From NCBI GenBank assembly GCA_046497275.1, contig JAWOFX010000166.1, positions 1-25,914 of the forward strand: a stretch of DNA of 25,914 nt, read 5' to 3'. This stretch comes from Promethearchaeia archaeon. Lineage in GTDB: Archaea > Asgardarchaeota > Lokiarchaeia > Sigyniarchaeales > SOKP01. Positions 17,519 through 25,914 of this stretch are shown here, one piece after another; position 1 is the first letter of the stretch, and the number at the start of each line of letters is the position of its first letter. The notes beneath the pieces were generated by a model. It saw only the letters and a list, made by a program, of their open reading frames with translations. It searched no databases and was not told the origin of the DNA. A program made the translations under genes and the position numbers.

Positions 17519-17849
17519 AATAATTAATTATTCTAATCTATTTCTTTTTTTAATTTATAAAAGGAAAAGGCCTTCATTTTTTTTCAATAAACCCAAATAA
17601 AATATGCTTATTATAATCTGTCTAAAAGTAGAAATATTTGAATCGAAAATATTCAAATTGCCTAATTAATAAACAAAATTTATAAGATTTAATGATCTCC
17701 TCTTTCTTTTTTTCCTTTATAAGAAAAATTATTACATATTTGATTTTAACAAAAAGTTAATAAGTTTTCTATCTTATCATATTAAAGGTAAATAGTAATA
17801 TATTAACCAAATAAAATATAAATATAATTTATGGAAAAAGTTATAAAAT

Positions 17850-18146
17850 ATGAGTAAAGAGACAGGTTTTGTTAAATGGTATGATTCTCGCAAAGAATAG
17901 GGGAATTTCCTCTATTTGTGAATGGGATACGGATTTATCAAAGCCAAAGATGGGAGAGATATATTTGTACATTACTCCGCGATAGAGGGAGAGGATGATG
18001 AATATAAATCTCTAAATGAAAACGACAAAGTGGAATTTGAGATTGTTAAAGGAGAAAAAGGCCCAATGGCCAAGAAAGTTGAAGTCATAGAAGCAGCAGA
18101 TAATAGTAAAAGTTTGTATAGTAGTGGAAAGGGATTTCGGATATAA
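17850..18146 (+). CDS. csp: Cold-shock domain protein (CspA family), split by a 30-nt intron; spliced product 88 aa (join 17850-17893, 17924-18146)
   Basis: Exon 1 encodes [15 protein letters not shown] and exon 2 encodes [22 protein letters not shown]...[23 protein letters not shown] (RNP1 and RNP2 motifs). The ORF track shows only the downstream part (17922). Confidence 0.9.
17894..17923 (+). other. Putative bulge-helix-bulge (BHB) mRNA intron, 30 nt
   Basis: Central 4-bp helix UCGC(17888-91)/GUGA(17918-21); 3-nt bulges AAA(17892-94) and AUG(17922-24); 10-bp inner stem 17895-904/17908-917; 4-bp outer stem 17884-87/17925-28. It contains in-frame TAG and TGA. Confidence 0.85.
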
Positions 18147-18194
18147 TAATAATTAATCTCAGTTTAATAAAAATTAGTTAGCACGATGAAATGG

Positions 18195-18216
18195 TTTTTT
18201 ATATTCTTATTTTTTT
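18195..18216 (+). terminator. Possible archaeal oligo-T terminator after csp
   Basis: Two T-tracts (6-7 T) about 50-70 nt after the csp stop codon. Confidence 0.3.
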
Positions 18217-18327
18217 CTTAATTTAATAAATAAATAGAATTTAGATCATATTTTAAAGTATGAGCTTTTTATTTGCAAAAATAACATTTATTTTAAACAA
18301 GACTAATATAAAAAGGAAATTCTAACA

Positions 18328-18522
18328 ATGGTAGGAGAAAAAGATAAAGATACTAAAAATGACAAGGCAAAAAAAGTTGCTGAAGTAATGGTAGCAAATA
18401 TGAAGGCGAATATGGAAGACCCCGACTTTTTATTAAAAAAAGAGCGAAGAATGCAAGAGGCAGCAAATAAAGTACTCAAGAAGAGAAAAGAAAGAGAAGA
18501 AACAAATAAAGAAAAGCAGTAA
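18328..18522 (+). CDS. Small, highly charged hypothetical protein (64 aa, probably helical)
   Basis: ATG preceded by AAGGA; purine-rich K/E codon pattern like neighbouring genes; no family recognised. Confidence 0.65.
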   Translation: MVGEKDKDTKNDKAKKVAEVMVANMKANMEDPDFLLKKERRMQEAANKVLKKRKEREETNKEKQ

Positions 18523-18664
18523 TCCTTTTTTATGAATAATAATTTCTACGAAACTGTAAATAATGGTTTGACATCTCAATAGCTAATAAAGAAAGTTAAA
18601 ATTAGAAAAAATATTACTCTAAATATTGTAGAATACAACCAATTTACATTGAAGTGGATACTTT

Positions 18665-20113
18665 TTGTCAGATAAAGAAATAATTGAACTTTTTTTAAAC
18701 CCAAAATCTGTTGCCCTTATAGGAGCATCTAAAAATCCTATGAAAGGGGGATATCGCATTCTGAACAATCTTGTCGCAAATAATTTTGAAGGGAAAGTTT
18801 ACCCGGTCAACCCAAATACTGATGGGGAATTATTTGGGAAAGAAATTAAAAAGTCTGTGTTAGATATTGATGATGAAGTTGATTTAGCTATTTTTTACGT
18901 GCCAAATAAATTGATTCCAGATCTATTATCTGAATGTATTGAGAAAGGCATTAAGGGAGCACTTATAGAAGCATCTGGTTTCGAAGAGATTGGAGAGGCA
19001 GGACTTGATTTACGTGATGAAATTTTAAAAATCACTGATAATTTCTCAAAAATTCGAATTGTGGGGCCAAATTGCATGGGATTGACTAGGATTGATACAG
19101 ACAGTAAATCCAAAGATAAAGGTGGTTTTTTCTCATCTTTTCTCGTTTTTGACAAATATAAAAGAGGAAATATCGGTGTTATAAGCCAAAGTGGGATGGT
19201 AAACGGAGGTTATTTTACACACTTAACTACGAAATACCCTGGTTTAGGTTTCCGTTATATTGCTTCAGTAGGAAATAAGATGGACCTAACTGAAAACGAA
19301 TTTCTTGAATATATGATTCAAGATGATACAGTAAATGTGATTGCAATATATCTTGAATCTTTTGATAATCCTCGACGATTTATTGATTTATGTAAGCAAG
19401 CAAAAAAAATGCCGAGAAAAACAATTATTCTTGTGAAAGGAGGGATAACATCTGAAGGGCAAAGAGCTACTTTAAGTCATACGGGGGCACTTTCAGAGAG
19501 CGAGAGATTAATTAAGGCAGTGATACAACAATCTGGAGCAATAAAGGCAAATAGTTTCTATGAACTCTTCTTATACGCGCGAACCTTCTCAATGATGTAT
19601 AGCGAAAATAAGACTCTACCAACTAAAGGAAATCTTTCCATTATCGTAGGATCTGGAGGAGCAGGAACGATTCTTACAGATTTAATAGCAAGAAACGGAT
19701 TAAGTCTTCCAGAATTGAGTGAAGAAGCATATGATAGGTTAGTAAAGATTTTTCCGGATTGGATGCCACCTAATCGATTCGCTCTAGTGGATATTTGGCC
19801 TGCAATGGAAAAAGCGATGGGAAATAAATCTGATCCCAATATGGTAATTAAAATTGCGTATGATGCAGTATTGGGAGATCCTAAAATAGAAGGATTATTT
19901 AATATGATGTTTTGTTCAAAACAATTTCGCCCTATGAGTAATGTAGATATCCTTATTGATATTATTAAGAAAAATTCCAAGCCCGTTTTTTTCTTTTTAA
20001 TTGGGGAAAGTAAAGAATTAAAACAAATTTCAAAAAAGCTGAGTGAAAACAATATTCCAAATTTCTCTAATCTTGAAGAATTGGTGAAGAATTTTCAAAT
20101 TTTGATTCATTAA
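18665..20113 (+). CDS. CoA-binding protein, acyl-CoA synthetase (NDP-forming) alpha-subunit-like
   Basis: FLNPKSVALIGAS, VYPVNP, RIVGPNCMG, VISQSG, SVGNKMDL, YLESF, LVKGG...LSHTGALS (phospho-His). TTG start; no ATP-grasp domain. Confidence 0.9.
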   Translation: MSDKEIIELFLNPKSVALIGASKNPMKGGYRILNNLVANNFEGKVYPVNPNTDGELFGKEIKKSVLDIDDEVDLAIFYVPNKLIPDLLSECIEKGIKGALIEASGFEEIGEAGLDLRDEILKITDNFSKIRIVGPNCMGLTRIDTDSKSKDKGGFFSSFLVFDKYKRGNIGVISQSGMVNGGYFTHLTTKYPGLGFRYIASVGNKMDLTENEFLEYMIQDDTVNVIAIYLESFDNPRRFIDLCKQAKKMPRKTIILVKGGITSEGQRATLSHTGALSESERLIKAVIQQSGAIKANSFYELFLYARTFSMMYSENKTLPTKGNLSIIVGSGGAGTILTDLIARNGLSLPELSEEAYDRLVKIFPDWMPPNRFALVDIWPAMEKAMGNKSDPNMVIKIAYDAVLGDPKIEGLFNMMFCSKQFRPMSNVDILIDIIKKNSKPVFFFLIGESKELKQISKKLSENNIPNFSNLEELVKNFQILIH

Positions 20114-20288
20114 ATTTTACAAGTAATTCGAATCCTTTCACTACTTTTATAAGAATATGGTATTGTAAAAATATACGTGCTGAAGGTTGGGAATTCTCTC
20201 TATAGGAAACTAAGATACATTTTAGCAAACTTTTTATTTTTATTAATCCTAATTGTAAAAAACCTAATTATAAAGTTTTAAAATCTCG

Positions 20289-22727
20289 ATGATAAAGCAA
20301 AATTACGCAATAAAGATTACTGATAAAGAAAAGTCTCAAATCCTTAAGGATCTTTTTACTGAGAAAAAACTATATGTATTTCTTGTTGGTGCGGGAATTT
20401 CGATGGATCCTCCTTCTTGTGTACCTTCCGCGCGAATGTTTGTTCGTCAATTATTCAAATATTATGCTCCTGCTGATGAAACTGATAGATTATCTTATTT
20501 AAAGTCATTGAGATATGAATTTTTAGTAGAAAAGGTTCAGAATATGTTTGATAAAGAGATAAAATTTTTAGATTATCTTGATCTTATCAAAGAACCAAAT
20601 GCAATTCATTTATTTCTCGCTAATATGATTCTACGATACAACTACATTATTACAACAAACTTTGACTATTTGATTGAATTGGCTGTAAAAAAGCGACTTT
20701 CGATTTATCCAATGTATAGTACTCATCATCAAAAACTAAAAGTGATTATTCAAAAAGAAGATTATGGGCAGAATGTATCATTCCAGTATCCAATAATAAA
20801 ATTACATGGTTCTAAATGGGATTGTATAAATAGGAGGCTAACTAAGGATTCTCTAATTACAACTTTGAGTGCTCTTGGGAGGGATCGAGAGGAGGGCAAA
20901 ACCTTCTCGATTGAACCTTATAAAAAAATATTAATAGACTACGTTACGCAAAATAGAGATCTGATCATTATGGGATATTCGGGCAGCGATGATTTCGATA
21001 TTAGTCCTATGCTAGCGGAATTAAATAATATTAGAAATTTAGTCTGGATTGATCATGATCCCGATGGAGAATTTGGAGATGAAGAAATATACAAATTCGA
21101 TTCAAAAAATAACTTAGAGGAAATAGAAAGGTCGAAAGAGATCTCGAAATTAGATAAGATTCTTTCACGATTAGCAATAATAAAGAAAATTAATGTGTTT
21201 AAAATTAAAGCGAAAACGATTATATTTGTTAAAAAGATATTAGCGCCGATTTTTCATGAACAATTTTATGATTTAAACGAGACAATACCCAAGGATTATA
21301 TTAATTTTGATGAATACATGAAAGAGAATCATTTTAAGGTTTCAGATTCAAGCAAATATAAATTTGCTCATGAAATATATTATGATTTAGGAGTAGTGGA
21401 TGCTGCAGAAAGAACAGCTCTAAGATGTTTAGAGTTATCAATAAAAGAGAATGATATATCAAATCAAATATATGCAACAAATGCCTTAGGATTAATATTT
21501 CTCATGAAGGGGCAATACAATAGCGCATTGGAAAAATTTGAAGAAACTTTACAATTAACAATTAAGCACAACCAAAAAAATGAAAGATTTGCTGTTAATT
21601 TAAATATAGGAAAACTTTATATGAAAATTGGTGATTTAAAAAATGCATTACAGTATACCAATGAAGCAAATAATTTTATTACTGAGGAAACTCCCGATAT
21701 TCTCAAATTTGCATTGATTAATAATTTAGGAACAATTTATAGAGATTTAGGAGATAACCCAAATGCGATTAAAAATATTGAAAGCGCTTTAGCAATAGCA
21801 GAGAGGATGGGAGATTTATTTGGAAAAGCTTTATGCCTAAGTAATCTTTCTGGGATATATACTTCCCAAGGTAATTTAAATCAAGCTTTAAAACTTTCTT
21901 TAGAAGCACTAAAAATTTATGAGCAGCTAGGAGATTTAGCTGATATGAGTAATACTTTAAATACAATCGGTAATATTTATCGGTTTGTTGGAAATTATAG
22001 GGATGCATTAAAATTCTTGGAGAGAGCGATTAATATTTCCACAGAAACTAAAAATTTAAGAACTAAAGCATTAGCATCAAATTCGATGGGAGTAATCTAT
22101 TATAACTTGGGAAAATTCAATTTAGCAATAGAAAATTATGTTGAAGCATACAATATTCGGCAACAGATCGGAGATCTTTCTGGTCAGGCTACTTCTTTAA
22201 ATAATATAGGTTTGATACATCGTAATCAGAGACAATATGATAAAGCTCTGGAAAATTTTAATCAATCAATTGCTATTGCTGAGGAGATAGGAGAAAAAAA
22301 GCATTTAGGAATACGATATGGGAATCGTGCATCTATTTATGAAGTGAAGGGTGAATTTGGAAAAGCTCTCGAAGAATATGAAAAAGCTCTTAGCGTCGAA
22401 CAATCATTAGAAAACCGTGAAGGAATTGCAAATCAACTTACAAATATTGGAGGGATATTTGGAGATTTAGGAAAATATGAAAAACTTTTTAGGAATTATA
22501 ATGACGCATTAGATATTTATAGGCAATTAAACATTAAACCAGGGATTGCAAATGCGCTTAATAATTTAGGAGTTGCCTACTATAAATATAAAAAAGATTA
22601 TAGTAAATCTATTGAATATTTACAAGAATCATTAAAATTGTACAAAGAGGTGGGACAGACTTCAATGATAATGGGTGTATCTCAAAACTTAAATCACATT
22701 ACACAGGAATATAATAAAAAGAGATAA
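20289..22727 (+). CDS. SIR2-like (SIR2_2) domain plus tetratricopeptide repeat protein
   Basis: FLVGAGISM, IITTNFDYLIE, IIKLHGS and IMGYSGSDDFDI in the N-terminal ~300 aa; C-terminal repeats of the type A..LNN.G.IY...G.Y..AL..Y. Confidence 0.88.
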   Translation: MIKQNYAIKITDKEKSQILKDLFTEKKLYVFLVGAGISMDPPSCVPSARMFVRQLFKYYAPADETDRLSYLKSLRYEFLVEKVQNMFDKEIKFLDYLDLIKEPNAIHLFLANMILRYNYIITTNFDYLIELAVKKRLSIYPMYSTHHQKLKVIIQKEDYGQNVSFQYPIIKLHGSKWDCINRRLTKDSLITTLSALGRDREEGKTFSIEPYKKILIDYVTQNRDLIIMGYSGSDDFDISPMLAELNNIRNLVWIDHDPDGEFGDEEIYKFDSKNNLEEIERSKEISKLDKILSRLAIIKKINVFKIKAKTIIFVKKILAPIFHEQFYDLNETIPKDYINFDEYMKENHFKVSDSSKYKFAHEIYYDLGVVDAAERTALRCLELSIKENDISNQIYATNALGLIFLMKGQYNSALEKFEETLQLTIKHNQKNERFAVNLNIGKLYMKIGDLKNALQYTNEANNFITEETPDILKFALINNLGTIYRDLGDNPNAIKNIESALAIAERMGDLFGKALCLSNLSGIYTSQGNLNQALKLSLEALKIYEQLGDLADMSNTLNTIGNIYRFVGNYRDALKFLERAINISTETKNLRTKALASNSMGVIYYNLGKFNLAIENYVEAYNIRQQIGDLSGQATSLNNIGLIHRNQRQYDKALENFNQSIAIAEEIGEKKHLGIRYGNRASIYEVKGEFGKALEEYEKALSVEQSLENREGIANQLTNIGGIFGDLGKYEKLFRNYNDALDIYRQLNIKPGIANALNNLGVAYYKYKKDYSKSIEYLQESLKLYKEVGQTSMIMGVSQNLNHITQEYNKKR
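21810..22410 (+). repeat. 40-codon (120-nt) periodic TPR-like repeat array inside the SIR2-TPR gene
   Basis: GGAGA(T/A) (Gly-Asp/Glu) recurs at 21810, 21930, 22170 and 22290, all in a 120-nt register. The array extends on both sides in more degenerate form. Confidence 0.75.
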
Positions 22728-22755
22728 AAAATAAAATAGAAAATTATGAAAATCT

Positions 22756-24744
22756 TTATAATTCTTCCTTGATTTCCTTGTAGTAATCAAGAGAATCGGG
22801 GTTTCTGAGAGCTCCTCTATTTGATACATCCATTCCATGAAGAATCTTAGTGATAGCTATCTCAACCTTTTTCCCTGAGAAGGTATAAGGTATAGTTTCC
22901 TCAGGAACCTCCTTTATTATTGCGGGCACGTGTCTAGGTGAGGCTTTTTCTCTCAAAGTTGTTTTAATTTTATTTTTCAAATCATCATCTAAAGTTATAT
23001 CGCCAGCTAGTTCAACAAATAAAATTACTTCAACATTTCCTTGATCGTCTTTATGGCCTATGGCCAAGCTATCAGCAACTTCAGGTAGCTGTTCTACCAC
23101 ATTATAAATTTCTGATGTTCCAATTCTAACGCCCGATGGTTTAAGTGTCGCATCAGACCTTCCCCAAAAAGTAATGCCACCCGTATCACTATGATATACA
23201 ATCCAGTCACCGTGTCGCCACACATTCATGCCCAGTTCATCATAATATTCAAAATACGCAGATTTATATTTTGACATATTCTCATTATCACCCCAGAAAT
23301 AGATTGGCATAGATGGGGCTGGTGCTTCACAAACTAATTCAGCCTGTTGGTTTCTTATTGGTTCACCATTTTCATCATAAGCCTCAACTTTCATAGCCAA
23401 AGCAGGACCTTGTAATTCTCCTGAATATACCGGAAGAATAGGTAGTGCCCCCGCAAAGCAACCGTTAATATCCGTTCCACCAGAAATCGAATTAAAGTAA
23501 AGATCCTCTTTAATTTGATTATAACACCATTCAAATCCCTCTGGACTTAGAGCACTCGCAGTTTGAGAGATTTCTCTTAAAGATGATAAATCATATTCTT
23601 CTTTTGGTTTTAATCCTTGTCCCATAAGGAAATGAATATATGTAGCTGAAACCCCAAATATAGTTATCTCATATTTTTCAATTAATTCGAACATTCGTAA
23701 TGGATCTGGATATAGTGGATTTCCATCGTAAAGAAATATCGTTGCTCCTACAGCTAATGAACTGATTAACCAGTTCCACATCATCCAAGAGGGAGCTGTA
23801 ATATAATTTATTACATCGTCTCGTTTAAGATCAGTAGATAGGACCAATTCTTTTAAATGATTTAGCAATACACCTCCTCCACTCTGCACCATACATTTTG
23901 GTTTTCCAGTAGTTCCAGATGAGAACATAATATATATTGGATGGCTGAATGGTAATTGTTCATATCTCTGTTCAGGGTTTTCATCCTCAGAAATAAAATC
24001 ATCCCAATGAACCGAATTAGATATATTACTTATATCGGGTTTATCATCTGATATATAAGATACTATTACCACTTTTTCGAGAGATGGAATAGCATCTACC
24101 ACCTCCTTTACATTTGGGAGGATATTAAAGGCTTTATCTTTATAGAAATATCCATCTACAGCAAAAAGAACTCTTGGTTCAATTTGAGCAAATCTATCGA
24201 TAACTGCCCTTGCTTGAAGTTCTGCTCCACAAGATGCCCATATTGCCCCAATACTCGCTGTTGCTAACATTGCGATAGGGGTTTCGATTAAGTTTGGAAT
24301 ATAAGATACAACTCTATCTCCTGCTTTAATCCCCATTTCACGAAGAGAGTTTGCTAATCGAGCCACCTCTTTATTTAATTGCTTATAGGTTATTTTTCTG
24401 GTTTTTTTAGTTTCTCCTTGAAAAATAAAAGCTAATTGTTCATCGTTGTATCGTAAGAGATTTTCAGCAAAATTTAATCGTGCTCCCGGAAACCAATTAG
24501 CTCCTGGAAATTTACTAAGATCATCTACAACCTTTTCATATTCTTCAGATGCTACAATATCAGCAAATTCCCAAAAAGCAGCCCAAAAATCAGGTATTTT
24601 TTCTACGGACCATTCATAAAGATCTTTTGCATCTTTAATATTTGCATCATAATTTTTATTCGCAAATTCAATGAATTTCGTCACATTCGCATTTTCAATC
24701 CACTTTTTAGAAGGTTCCCATAATTTTTTTCTTGTATGTGAAAT
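22756..24744 (-). CDS. Acetoacetate-CoA ligase (acetoacetyl-CoA synthetase); probable ATT start at 24744
   Basis: WFPGARLNFAENLL, YIMFSSGTTGKPKCMVQ, SISGGTDI, VWRHGDW, GRSDATLKPSGVRIGTSEIY, PYTFSGKKVE. The conserved LWEPS N-terminus lies upstream of the first canonical start (GTG 24684); GAGGAG RBS at 24756-24751. Confidence 0.92.
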   Translation of the reverse strand: MSHTRKKLWEPSKKWIENANVTKFIEFANKNYDANIKDAKDLYEWSVEKIPDFWAAFWEFADIVASEEYEKVVDDLSKFPGANWFPGARLNFAENLLRYNDEQLAFIFQGETKKTRKITYKQLNKEVARLANSLREMGIKAGDRVVSYIPNLIETPIAMLATASIGAIWASCGAELQARAVIDRFAQIEPRVLFAVDGYFYKDKAFNILPNVKEVVDAIPSLEKVVIVSYISDDKPDISNISNSVHWDDFISEDENPEQRYEQLPFSHPIYIMFSSGTTGKPKCMVQSGGGVLLNHLKELVLSTDLKRDDVINYITAPSWMMWNWLISSLAVGATIFLYDGNPLYPDPLRMFELIEKYEITIFGVSATYIHFLMGQGLKPKEEYDLSSLREISQTASALSPEGFEWCYNQIKEDLYFNSISGGTDINGCFAGALPILPVYSGELQGPALAMKVEAYDENGEPIRNQQAELVCEAPAPSMPIYFWGDNENMSKYKSAYFEYYDELGMNVWRHGDWIVYHSDTGGITFWGRSDATLKPSGVRIGTSEIYNVVEQLPEVADSLAIGHKDDQGNVEVILFVELAGDITLDDDLKNKIKTTLREKASPRHVPAIIKEVPEETIPYTFSGKKVEIAITKILHGMDVSNRGALRNPDSLDYYKEIKEEL

Positions 24745-25055
24745 ATTTAACTCCTCTATTTTTGATAATTTATTGAATATATTTTATTAATCTCTGATAA
24801 ATTTTAAAATTGAATATTTTAGTTTTAGTTTTTTATCACTTTTTAATCCTCTTTTATGTCTATTATTAACGATACTAATAAAGAGATTGAGTGGTAATAT
24901 ATGATCTTAGCTTATATCAATTATTTTATTTCAATAACAAATTTATTTGTTATTATGATTAATTTAATTGTTATACTCAATGAAATTAACTACAAAAGAA
25001 CAAATATTAATTTTATATCAACATATAATACATAGGACAATATTAAACTAAAGGG

Positions 25056-25914
25056 ATGAATATTATGGAAATGAAAATATTAAAAGAAGGAAGTGGTGAA
25101 ATTTTTTGTAAAAATACACCTTCAGAGGTACGAAAATGGACTAAAGAAAATAAAACTCGGATCTTAAAAGATAAACGTATGAGGATAAAGGATGCGGTAA
25201 AAAAGTACATTAATGATGGTGATTATCTTGCAATTGGCGGTTTTGGCCATATAAGAATACCGATGGCAATAATTTATGAAATTGTAAGACAAAGAATAAA
25301 AAATCTATCAGTCGCAGGACATACTGCTGTCCAAGATATTGATGTTTTAATGGCTGGAGGTTGTGTGAGTTCAGTTGATATTTCTTATGTAGTCGGTTTT
25401 GAGCTTAGAGGTTTATCTGGGGTTCAAAGAAGGCTTTTTGAAAGTGGAGAAGTAAAAAAAACGGATTATACAAACGGAGCAATGTCCTATAGATTAAGAG
25501 CGGGAGCTCAAGGTATACCTTTTATTCCTGTGAAGGTAATGCTAGGAACAGATACAATGATGCATTCTCCGGGAAAAGTAGTGAAATGTCCATTTACTGG
25601 AGAAAAAGTGTTATTACTACCCTCATTAAATCCAGATGTTTGTATCCTCCATGCTCATCGTGCAGACATGTATGGAAATGTGCAGATTGATGGTCACATA
25701 GTAAAGGATGACTTACAGGCTAGAGCATCAAAAAGAGTAATAGTCTCGTGTGAGGAGCTGATTTCTACCGATAAAATAAGAGCGGAACCCGGCAGAACAA
25801 TTATTCCTTTTTATATGGTAGATGCCGTCATAGAACAACCTTGGGGTTCGCACCCCGGAAATATGCCCTATAAATATTATTTTGATCATAAATTCACTGA
25901 AGAATATTTAAGTG
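25056..25914 (+). CDS. CoA-transferase subunit A (glutaconate CoA-transferase GctA-like), partial, runs off the right edge
   Basis: Not in the ORF track; translated by hand: DGDYLAIGGFGHIRIPMA, RAGAQGIPFIP, PSLNPDVCILHAHRADMYGNVQIDG, VIVSCEEL, VDAVIEQPWGSHPG. Start is ATG 25056, 25065 or 25071. Confidence 0.9.
   Translation, partial: MNIMEMKILKEGSGEIFCKNTPSEVRKWTKENKTRILKDKRMRIKDAVKKYINDGDYLAIGGFGHIRIPMAIIYEIVRQRIKNLSVAGHTAVQDIDVLMAGGCVSSVDISYVVGFELRGLSGVQRRLFESGEVKKTDYTNGAMSYRLRAGAQGIPFIPVKVMLGTDTMMHSPGKVVKCPFTGEKVLLLPSLNPDVCILHAHRADMYGNVQIDGHIVKDDLQARASKRVIVSCEELISTDKIRAEPGRTIIPFYMVDAVIEQPWGSHPGNMPYKYYFDHKFTEEYLS

Noticed and set aside
17831-17857. 8-codon ORF (MEKVIKYE) overlapping the csp start
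   Set aside because: Too short to distinguish from chance in AT-rich DNA, and the transcription start is unknown.
17898-17921. Pyrrolysine/selenocysteine read-through of TAG and TGA in csp
   Set aside because: It would need two different recodings within 8 codons and would leave a 10-residue insertion in the tight beta1-beta2 turn. Splicing explains it more simply.
17850-17924. csp as a pseudogene or as a chance disruption
   Set aside because: Both halves keep intact motifs, and the insert forms a complete BHB whose canonical cut sites restore the frame and sequence exactly. That is unlikely for random decay.
6896-22008. ORFs 6896-7108, 9939-10124, 10896-11216, 11234-11488, 16232-16417, 16516-16704, 16927-17322, 18895-19155, 19558-20052 and 21769-22008
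   Set aside because: Antisense to, or largely overlapping, confident genes; their composition is typical of shadow frames.
1-25914. CRISPR arrays, tRNA/rRNA genes, transposases, terminal inverted repeats, SECIS elements
   Set aside because: I found no regularly spaced repeats, GC-rich structured RNA blocks, transposase motifs or in-frame Sec candidates by eye. A covariance-model scan was not possible.

Overview
AT-rich (roughly 30% GC by eye) archaeal-type DNA. Lokiarchaeia/Asgard origin is inferred from a longin-like small protein, a SIR2-TPR protein, GGTGA/GAGGAG ribosome-binding sites and paralogous acyl-CoA enzymes. Most of the window is acyl-CoA metabolism: a 2-hydroxyacyl-CoA dehydratase/activase-type operon whose first gene is fused to a DHCR24-like FAD oxidoreductase; DUF35, methylmalonyl-CoA mutase alpha and a thiolase-like gene; an acyl-CoA dehydrogenase, crotonase and thiolase operon; two ACD-alpha CoA-binding proteins; acetoacetate-CoA ligase; and a CoA-transferase. 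It also carries kptA, an aminotransferase, a URO-D-family protein, a flavin reductase and a cold-shock gene. The key observation is that the cold-shock gene (17850-18146) is interrupted by a 30-nt, stop-containing insert (17894-17923). The insert folds into a canonical bulge-helix-bulge (BHB) splicing motif, and cutting at the canonical BHB sites restores KWYDSRK-GYGFI exactly, which points to an endonuclease-spliced mRNA intron. Other notable points are two genes that seem to need non-canonical (ATT) starts, a thiolase-fold protein lacking its nucleophilic Cys, and a slippery A-AAA-AAT site at the fusion boundary. No rRNA, tRNA, CRISPR array or mobile element was recognised.
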